A stretch of 64,000 nt of DNA, taken from Candidatus Yonathbacteria bacterium RIFOXYD1_FULL_52_36 (lineage in GTDB: Bacteria > Patescibacteriota > Minisyncoccia > Phycocordibacterales > UBA1539_B). The stretch's first letter is position 1. The number at the start of each line of letters is the position of its first letter. The notes beneath the pieces were generated by a model. The model was not told where the DNA came from and searched no databases. It saw nothing but the letters and a program-made list of their open reading frames with translations. Below, one piece after another: positions 56,731 through 64,000 of this stretch. Location of the stretch: the NCBI GenBank assembly GCA_001823605.1, contig MHUZ01000034.1, positions 38,589 through 102,588 on the forward strand, given 5' to 3'. Both the position numbers and the translations under genes were made by a program.

Positions 56731-59700
56731 CTACCGCGGTCTGATCGTGCCGATGTTAAATTCGCTGGTATCGGCGGCACTGGTACATCCTGGGTCTGCG
56801 TTGGCAGGGTTTCCATTACCATCCCAGTCGATTTTGCTATCGCTATCGTTGTCGATACCGTCGTTGCACTGAGTGGGGGGTACATTGAACTCGTCACTGT
56901 CGCGCGGATCATACGTGCCGGATGTGTTTTCGCAGCCAAGATCGTCGACATCGACATCTCCGTCCCCATCATCATCACTGTTGTTTGAACAGGCCGGGTT
57001 TGGTGATTCAGTGGTGTCGGTTGCACTGGAGCAGCCCGGGTCGGCTGGGTAGTTGTTCAGACCGTCACCATCGTTGTCTGTCGTGTCGCTACATTGAGGC
57101 GCGGCAGGTGCGCAAATCGTACCGTTCCAAGGGGCACTTGAGACACATGCGGCATTGACGGTGATGTCCCGTATAAACGTAGTATTGTCACGTGCCCGAA
57201 TAGTGTTGTTGCCGTAGCCAAGCGTACATGGCGCATTGGTACCCGTAGCACCGGTTCCACAAGAGGCACTGCGTGTCTGGTTGTAGACGTTGGGGGTGGT
57301 TGCGTTCTGAATGACCCACGTCACTCGTCCGGGGCAGGTACTTGCATTTGCGGCAATGGTACAGGTGGTCGCAGTGAGGGTGGGTGCAGTGGGGGCGGAG
57401 CCGGAGACGGTAATGTTCTGCCATGGGCCGCAGTTATTGGTTTCGCTCGCCTCAACGACAGTGCCCGCATCTGAAGCGGATCCTTTATCTGCACAGGCAC
57501 GTGCAGAGTATGTTTGTATATTAGGGAACGTATACGAACGCGTAATGGGAGAATTTGCTCCGGCGGCAAGCGTAGATATTGTTGACGGCAAGAGGCCGGT
57601 GATTACTCCACCCCCGTTTGCGCCACTTGCCACTTGGAAGAAGTTCTGGAACCCTGAATGAGCACCTATTTTGGTGACACTGGTGGCAGCATTATTCGTG
57701 ACCCACATATTCGTGCCGTCAAAGGCGATGCCCCAAGGACTATTCCCTGTTCCAGAGTATACGGTAGCCGCCCCTGATGGAGAGATCCTTGTCACGCTAT
57801 TGTTGCTAAAGTTCGCAGCCCACATATTCGTGCCGTCAAAGGCAATATCTGTTACGACCCTAGCCAGCGGGTATGTGGTCATGCCACCTGTGGGGGAGAT
57901 CCTCGTCACGCTACTCCCAGAGAGCGCGGTTCCGTTCGCCGTCCACATATTCGTTCCGTCAAAGGCGATCGCTCGTGGAACAGACCCCGTACCGCTATAG
58001 GTGGTCATTGTTCCTGTGGGAGAAATTTTTGTAACACGATTCGCATTATAGTTTGCTACCCACATATTGGTGCCGTCGGAGGCAATGCCCCAAGGCGCAC
58101 CTCCAACAGGAAGCGCATACGTGGTCATACCACCCGCGGGGGTAATCTTTGTTACAGAGTTACTCCCGATATTTGCCGTCCACATGTTCGTGCCGTCAAA
58201 GGCAATATCCCACGGGCCACCTCCAGTTCCTCCATACGAAGTTCTTACTCCACCAGGAGTAATCCTGGTCACACTATTGCTATTAGTATTTGCGACCCAC
58301 ATGTTCGTGCCGTCAAAGGCAATCCCCCGGGGGCCACCCCCTACTCCTCCATATGTTGTCATGGTTCCCGTAGGAGAAACTTTCGTAACACTATTCGCGC
58401 TTCCGTTGGTCACCCACATATTGGTGCCATCGGAGGCAATGCCAAATGGTCCTGCCCCCGTCCCTCCATACGTGGTCATACTGCCAATAATCGTGCTCGG
58501 GGTAGCTGTACCGCCAATGTTCCGTATTTGGGCAGAAAGAGAAACTGGCGTGTTCCGTACTGCAGTAACAGGAGTTACTGCAGATGCGACAAGGTCGGGC
58601 TGAGAAGGTGCTGGGGTTACCGTTACAGTTACTGAGTCGCACGGCGACCACGCCATTGAATTGTCGCGCACGTGGAAGTAGATAGTGTTCGTGCCGACAG
58701 GGAGATCACTTTTTGTAAATGAACTTGCGCTTGAAATATTTGCGCCTGCACCACAGCCACCACGATTCCATCCATACGCAGCGATAGTCCCGTCGGGGTC
58801 ATTTCCCGTGCCGGTGAACGTCACGGTGCTACCGGAAGCGACGGTAATGTTCCCTGCGGGGACGGTAATGGTGGCGGTAGGGACTTGGTTGGAAGGCGGA
58901 AGGACAGGGACGCCATCGAGTTCCCGCTTCTGAAGGACAGCTGACGCTGAAGTGTTCGAAGCAAAGATCGTTCTCAATACATACATATACTCATCGTTGC
59001 CCTCAATACCGACAGGGAATGATTGGGGTGGCAATCCGCCAACTTCCCAACCAAGTGCCCCATTGGTTAGACTTCTTTTTTGAAGAAAAGCGGGCGAAGC
59101 ACCCACACGACGGATACCATAGATCCCCTGATTACCGAGTACATAACCATATGATGTCCCCGACACCATCGGCAGTGGCGCACTCCAGGCCGGACCTCCT
59201 GAACTCGTATTCCTTGCAGTCAAAGAAAATGTTGGGTTGACGATCGTACCCCCCATCGCAAGGCCATGTGTCCGTGTACCAGGGTTCTCTATTACGCCAC
59301 CTTTTATTCGTTCTGAGATTCCCGTATAGTTGCCGGAAGTAGACCAGACCGGTGATCCTCCTAATCCCCATTTTTCTGTCGTAGCCGAACCTGTCGCCAT
59401 GAATGATGCTTGTTGAAGGTAGAGATTCTGAGCATCGATACCAAAGATCTTCGTGACATTCGGTGTTCGCCTCCACACCAGATTTCCATTCGTAAGATTA
59501 CGGCGTTCCACAAAACCAGAGCTGACTCCCCACGTTACACCATACGTCCCCGCCACATAGACGCCTGAGCCGTTTACCGCAATCGAACTTGGAGATACTC
59601 CTTGTCCTAACACAGTATTCTCAGCCCATACCAGAGCACCATTGGTTTTATTGATACGCACAATTCGTGCATATCCGTTCCCGGAAAAATACTGCCCTAC

Positions 59701-60225
59701 ACCGTATACCGATGTGCCGTCAACGACAATACCGTTATCAAATGTGGGGATGTTCCCCACAACACGAGACCATATAACCAAGCCATTCACCTTTGAGCGC
59801 TTCTCAATCCTCCACGTTGATCCTCCAGCGAGACCGCCGCCTGAATTGTTTACTCCTGAAATATAGACCCCCGTGGCATCTAACTCAATTTCCCGCGGAC
59901 AGTCTGAGGTGTTGGTGTAGTTCTCTGATCTTTGCCACGCACGGCTTCCATCAAGATTCCGCTTCTCCACATACCATCGAGCCCCACGCAGGGTTGGCGA
60001 CCACCCTCCGGCACAAGCTCCACCAGACTCACCCGCTAAGTAAACCCCTGTGGCATCATTTGCATACACACTGGGCAAAGCGTACCCCGAACTGTGGGTT
60101 ATTGCTTGCTGCCAAACCAGGTCACCTCGCACCGCATACGCAACTGAAAACGATACCCCCCAAATAGCCGCTATAAAAAGTACTTTTTTGTAGAGTGAGG
60201 CCATGGAGTGATTTGTACTATTCAT
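56731..60225 (-). CDS. Large secreted modular surface protein B (propeller, PKD-like, CARDB with inserted 7-repeat propeller, Cys/Asp repeats)
   Basis: Signal (VAYA), VEKR....G.l.W repeats, DPDGTI..Y.W, 7x DGTNMW, DPGC repeats; alternative start 60204. Confidence 0.8.
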   Translation of the reverse strand: MNSTNHSMASLYKKVLFIAAIWGVSFSVAYAVRGDLVWQQAITHSSGYALPSVYANDATGVYLAGESGGACAGGWSPTLRGARWYVEKRNLDGSRAWQRSENYTNTSDCPREIELDATGVYISGVNNSGGGLAGGSTWRIEKRSKVNGLVIWSRVVGNIPTFDNGIVVDGTSVYGVGQYFSGNGYARIVRINKTNGALVWAENTVLGQGVSPSSIAVNGSGVYVAGTYGVTWGVSSGFVERRNLTNGNLVWRRTPNVTKIFGIDAQNLYLQQASFMATGSATTEKWGLGGSPVWSTSGNYTGISERIKGGVIENPGTRTHGLAMGGTIVNPTFSLTARNTSSGGPAWSAPLPMVSGTSYGYVLGNQGIYGIRRVGASPAFLQKRSLTNGALGWEVGGLPPQSFPVGIEGNDEYMYVLRTIFASNTSASAVLQKRELDGVPVLPPSNQVPTATITVPAGNITVASGSTVTFTGTGNDPDGTIAAYGWNRGGCGAGANISSASSFTKSDLPVGTNTIYFHVRDNSMAWSPCDSVTVTVTPAPSQPDLVASAVTPVTAVRNTPVSLSAQIRNIGGTATPSTIIGSMTTYGGTGAGPFGIASDGTNMWVTNGSANSVTKVSPTGTMTTYGGVGGGPRGIAFDGTNMWVANTNSNSVTRITPGGVRTSYGGTGGGPWDIAFDGTNMWTANIGSNSVTKITPAGGMTTYALPVGGAPWGIASDGTNMWVANYNANRVTKISPTGTMTTYSGTGSVPRAIAFDGTNMWTANGTALSGSSVTRISPTGGMTTYPLARVVTDIAFDGTNMWAANFSNNSVTRISPSGAATVYSGTGNSPWGIAFDGTNMWVTNNAATSVTKIGAHSGFQNFFQVASGANGGGVITGLLPSTISTLAAGANSPITRSYTFPNIQTYSARACADKGSASDAGTVVEASETNNCGPWQNITVSGSAPTAPTLTATTCTIAANASTCPGRVTWVIQNATTPNVYNQTRSASCGTGATGTNAPCTLGYGNNTIRARDNTTFIRDITVNAACVSSAPWNGTICAPAAPQCSDTTDNDGDGLNNYPADPGCSSATDTTESPNPACSNNSDDDGDGDVDVDDLGCENTSGTYDPRDSDEFNVPPTQCNDGIDNDSDSKIDWDGNGNPANADPGCTSAADTSEFNIGTIRPR
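57665..58485 (-). repeat. Seven ~39-aa intragenic repeats (beta-propeller blades)
   Basis: IA[F/S]DGTNMW.[AT]N...VT[KR][IV] occurs seven times at ~117-126 bp spacing. Confidence 0.92.
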
Positions 60226-60226
60226 A

Positions 60227-60931
60227 TTATTGAGCGATTGGTGTTGCCATTCCCTGGTAATAGGCCGCGATGCAATGTTTCTGGAAAACCTCTGTTGCAA
60301 ACTCGCTGCAAAATTCTTGTGTCAACGAAGCCTGGCTATCAAGTGATCCTTGAAGTACGTTGCAATCTTTTTCCATTTTCTGATCATCGAACAAATCGCA
60401 CTGCGTTGTCGCCAAACCCCCTGACATCACTGTTGCAAATGAAAATTCGTCACGACACGAAGACTGTTTCTCTTCTGGCGCTTGATCACATAGTGTTTGG
60501 TCATTCTTTTTGAGTGCAAGTGACAAGTAAAAATTGTCCTTGCATGCTGTTTTTTCCTCTTCTACAACCATCTCATCACACACAGAGACACTTTCGTCTC
60601 GTAACGCTTTTGCATTTACCACTGAGCGTTCACAGTCCACGCGCGGCACTAGCACATCGTCAAGGAGTGCACAGTTGGATACGTCGAGTGTTTCCTGCGC
60701 TTTGTTGAGCGCGATATTGTTACGGCACACCGTACGGTACATCGTATCCTTGATCTGATCACAGGAATCGATCTGCCCCTGCTCGACAAGCGCACTCACT
60801 TCATTTTGAAGCAGAACCTCCTGGTCAGAAGAAAGTCCTCCTGGAGAGCGGCCGACAAAAAAAACTACCATAGCAAGCACTAAAACAATGAGTGCCGCAC
60901 CGACGACGATCTTTCGTTTCTCAATGTGCAT
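60227..60931 (-). CDS. Single-TM protein with Cys-paired helical repeats
   Basis: N-terminal TM; six C-x(9-11)-C units; stop codon 1 nt before the ATG of protein B. Confidence 0.75.
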   Translation of the reverse strand: MHIEKRKIVVGAALIVLVLAMVVFFVGRSPGGLSSDQEVLLQNEVSALVEQGQIDSCDQIKDTMYRTVCRNNIALNKAQETLDVSNCALLDDVLVPRVDCERSVVNAKALRDESVSVCDEMVVEEEKTACKDNFYLSLALKKNDQTLCDQAPEEKQSSCRDEFSFATVMSGGLATTQCDLFDDQKMEKDCNVLQGSLDSQASLTQEFCSEFATEVFQKHCIAAYYQGMATPIAQ

Positions 60932-61239
60932 AAGTAATCGCGCTGTTTAGAAATAGATACACTTATTCTAACAGTCCTCCCTTGTTAAAACTACAAAATG
61001 TGGGGAAAACTGCGGCGGCGCAAGCTCCATAGACACCCCCGAAAACGTCTGGTACTATGTGAATGTAGACATTTACATTTACCCATTAGCGTACTGATTG
61101 ACCGACCTGCGACTGAATTTCTATGCGAAATCCCGAAAATACCCTTTTGTTTTCTGAAAAAATCGTTTTCTCTCCCGAACATCCCGTTCGCCTGTTTCCG
61201 CATACAATGCACCGTTAAGATCGGTCTTCACCCGACCGT

Positions 61240-62769
61240 ATGTCATTAAAAATAGCATTACTTCTGGCAAGCATTGCCGGAGTGGTGGGAATCGCCTTCG
61301 GCTATTTTTTGCGCTGGCTTGTCACCTTGGGTAAACGCGGGTCCATTGAGCTTGAGGTCAAGCAAATGATGCTCGCCGCCAAGGAAGAGGCACAAAAAAT
61401 AACCGAGGAGGCCGAGAAAAAGGCACTTTCCACCATTGAAGACGCCCGTCGAGAGGAAAAGGAGAAGGAAAAACGACTCAAACAAACCGAGGAACGCCTT
61501 ATTAAAAAGGAGGAATTGCTGGACCGCCGTCAAACTGATATTGACGATGGTTCTGAGCGCCTCAAAGAACGCGAACAGGAAGTTGAACTGATCAAAACAA
61601 AAGCGGAACAAGCAGGAGAACGCGCTCGCCTTGAAACAGAGCGTGTTGCGAAACTCTCTACCGAAGAGGCGAAAGCTGAGCTGTTTCGCCGTGTTGAGGT
61701 TGAAGCACAAGAGGATACCCTTATCCGCATCAAAAAACTCGAGCAGGAAAGCCAGGAGCGGCTTGAGCGCAAAGCAAAAGATATCCTTGCCACGTCGATC
61801 CAGCGTCTGGCTGCATCCACCGCGTCCGAAACCATGGCAACCGCGGTTTCTATCCCCTCAGAGGACTTGAAGGGTAAGATCATCGGGAAAGAAGGCCGAA
61901 ATATAAGGGCATTTGAGCGAGCAGCGGGGGTTGAGCTCATTGTGGATGATACGCCGGGAGCAATCGTGGTCTCATCGTTTGACCCTGTACGCCGACAGAT
62001 TGCCCGCGTCGCTCTTGAAAACCTTATTCTCGATGGCCGTATCCAACCAGTAAAGATTGAGGAGATGGTCGAAAAAGCAAAAGAAACCATTGGTAAGATC
62101 ATTAAAGACAAGGGTGAGCAGGCGGCATACGAGTGTGGCGTCTTCAATCTTGATGCGCGCCTCATTATGATCCTTGGTCGCCTCTACTTCCGCACAAGCT
62201 ACGGCCAGAATGTTCTTCAACACTCGATTGAAATGGCGCACATCGCCGGGATGATCGCCCAGGAACTCGGTGCCGATGTGAACATTGCCCGCGCAGGGGC
62301 ACTCCTCCACGACATCGGCAAAGCTGTCGATCATGAAGTTCAGGGGACCCATGTGGAGATCGGACGCCGCATTCTCCAGAAATTCAACGTGGACGAGCGC
62401 GTCATTAAGGCGATGCAATCCCACCATGAAGAGTACCCGTATGAGACGATCGAGTCGATTATCGTGCAGACCGCTGATGCCATCTCGGGTGGCCGTCCAG
62501 GCGCCCGTCGCGACAGCGTAGAGAACTACATCAAGCGTCTCCAAGACCTTGAGGCGATCGCCAACTCGTTCGACGGTGTCGAAAAAACCTTTGCAATACA
62601 AGCCGGAAGAGAAATCCGTGTCTTTGTGACCCCGGACAAGATCTCTGACCTTGAGGCGAGAACGCTGGCGCGCACTATCGCGCTCCGGATCGAAAATGAG
62701 CTCAAATACCCTGGAGAGATCAAGGTCAATGTGATCCGCGAGCTCCGTGTTCTTGAGTTCGCCCGGTAA
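61240..62769 (+). CDS. rny: Ribonuclease Y
   Basis: N-terminal TM, coiled coil, KH (KGKIIGKEGRNIR), HD (LLHDIGKA). Confidence 0.97.
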   Translation: MSLKIALLLASIAGVVGIAFGYFLRWLVTLGKRGSIELEVKQMMLAAKEEAQKITEEAEKKALSTIEDARREEKEKEKRLKQTEERLIKKEELLDRRQTDIDDGSERLKEREQEVELIKTKAEQAGERARLETERVAKLSTEEAKAELFRRVEVEAQEDTLIRIKKLEQESQERLERKAKDILATSIQRLAASTASETMATAVSIPSEDLKGKIIGKEGRNIRAFERAAGVELIVDDTPGAIVVSSFDPVRRQIARVALENLILDGRIQPVKIEEMVEKAKETIGKIIKDKGEQAAYECGVFNLDARLIMILGRLYFRTSYGQNVLQHSIEMAHIAGMIAQELGADVNIARAGALLHDIGKAVDHEVQGTHVEIGRRILQKFNVDERVIKAMQSHHEEYPYETIESIIVQTADAISGGRPGARRDSVENYIKRLQDLEAIANSFDGVEKTFAIQAGREIRVFVTPDKISDLEARTLARTIALRIENELKYPGEIKVNVIRELRVLEFAR

Positions 62770-62980
62770 GTACGCGACTCTCTTGGCAACAGAAAAATCA
62801 GGTTGTCGAGGGTTCAGGGTTTTCCCCTGTATGTATTGCACAAAAACCCCTATGCTATATACTTATTTTTATGGGCACTATGGCCGTGTTGGCACGACGC
62901 CCTAGAAAAGGTCGAGGCGCGACTTGTCGTGGGGGTCGCAAACCATACACGGTTTCATTTATTAGCACAACGAAAACCAT

Positions 62981-63253
62981 ATGAATAAAGTAGGACTTGT
63001 TGAAGTTGTTCACGAGACACTCGGTGGAACCAAGACAGCAGCAGAAGGTGTTGTCGACACAATCATCGAGACCATTGTGAAGTCGCTCAAGAAAGGTGAG
63101 GAAGTTTCAATCGCAGGACTCGGTATCTTTTCAGTCAAGGCACGCGCTGCACGCACTGCACGCAATCCGAAGACTGGTGAGGCCGTCCAGGTTGCCGCAA
63201 CGAACGTTCCTAAGTTCCGCGCAGCAAAGGCACTCAAAGACGCTGTTAAGTAG
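62981..63253 (+). CDS. hup: DNA-binding protein HU
   Basis: MNK..L, RAARTARNPKTGE, PKFRA.KALKDAVK. Confidence 0.95.
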   Translation: MNKVGLVEVVHETLGGTKTAAEGVVDTIIETIVKSLKKGEEVSIAGLGIFSVKARAARTARNPKTGEAVQVAATNVPKFRAAKALKDAVK

Positions 63254-63272
63254 TATCACTTTTTGATACCGA

Positions 63273-63309
63273 GAAACACGCCATCGGCATACCCCGATGG
63301 CGTGTTTTA
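63273..63309. terminator. Terminator after hup
   Basis: AAACACGCCATCGG-CATACC-CCGATGGCGTGTTTT. Confidence 0.75.
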
Positions 63310-63534
63310 CGTTATGCCCATTTCTACGCTATACACAGCCCTGCCTCCCAAATAAATATCTTTGAACTACAAAACTATATCCTGCTATGGTTTCCGAAAA
63401 TGCACGATCTCATCCCTTAAACTCGCTTTGGGTAACTCTGCTACGACAAAACTCGTTTTCGGGCGACCTCGCGCATTTCCGGAACCCTCGCAACGAACCT
63501 AGTTTTGTAATTCAAAGTGCTATACTATTCAGTA

Positions 63535-64000
63535 ATGATAATTTCCTGGAAGATCATCGTCGCGCCGATCACGATCATCACTTTGTGGGTGTTGCTTTCC
63601 ATCCACATATTTCAATCGAACGATGTGGATCTTCTCGAGATCAGTATTTTTATTGTCTCATTCTTCTTAGGAGGATTCCTCTTCTACACCGCCTACCTTG
63701 AATCCCGCCAACGACAGGCCCTGCAGCTGATGGCGGACAACCTGCGCACCCTGAATGAAACGCTTGAGTCGCGTGTTTCTGAACGCACTGAAGATATGTT
63801 TCGCGCCAAGATCCACACCGATGCGATCATTGAGAGCCTCACACTTGGTCTCATCGAATACCGCGGTGACCACACGGTCGTACGACTTAACAGAGCGGCA
63901 GAGGACATGCTTGGTGTGAAACGCGAAACGATCACCGGGAAACAGCTTCTTCCTGCCGATATGAGCAAACAGGAACTTTCTTCTCTTGGTGAAGTGACCT
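63535..64000 (+). CDS. Membrane PAS-domain sensor (probable histidine kinase), runs off window edge
   Basis: Not in the ORF track: MIISWKII.., 2 TM helices, LNETLESRVSERT signalling helix, IIESL..G, NRAAEDMLG PAS start. Confidence 0.8.
   Translation, partial: MIISWKIIVAPITIITLWVLLSIHIFQSNDVDLLEISIFIVSFFLGGFLFYTAYLESRQRQALQLMADNLRTLNETLESRVSERTEDMFRAKIHTDAIIESLTLGLIEYRGDHTVVRLNRAAEDMLGVKRETITGKQLLPADMSKQELSSLGEVT

Noticed and set aside
57665-58485. Regular ~120-bp repeats as a CRISPR array
   Set aside because: They are in-frame degenerate coding repeats with synonymous variation; no cas genes
1-64000. Alternative genetic code (TGA = Gly)
   Set aside because: Conserved genes are full length under code 11 and TGA ends plausible ORFs such as 46278-46280

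Overview
Chromosomal window from a small-genome bacterium, most likely Patescibacteria/CPR (Parcubacteria-like). That assignment is an inference from the missing rpmD between rpsE and rplO, a solitary VirD4-like ATPase, a shortened trigger factor, a type IV pilus cluster and split ComEC; TGA is used as stop (code 11). The core content is the str-S10-spc ribosomal superoperon through secY-adk-map on the minus strand, plus ndk, rpmB, comEC, rnhA, recJ, pgk, tpiA, pilB-pilC-minor pilins, nusA, ppa, tig, clpP, rny, HU and a PAS sensor kinase. Most notable observations: (1) two paralogous two-gene cassettes, each a membrane-anchored partner followed by a large modular secreted protein ending in DTSEFNIG[A/T]IRPR, one of which splits rplB from rpsS; (2) a six-copy AAACGGCTCA..TGAGCCGTTT palindrome that sits at the edges of these cassettes and of a defence island; (3) an MmeI-like R-M gene followed by two HEPN-like genes; (4) an unannotated ~133-nt 6S-RNA-like gene with its own promoter and terminator; (5) a split in translation initiation, with core genes leaderless or lacking Shine-Dalgarno (SD) sites while orphan genes carry strong SDs; (6) an in-frame ~30-codon gap in fusA. 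All calls come from reading the sequence; no database searches were run.
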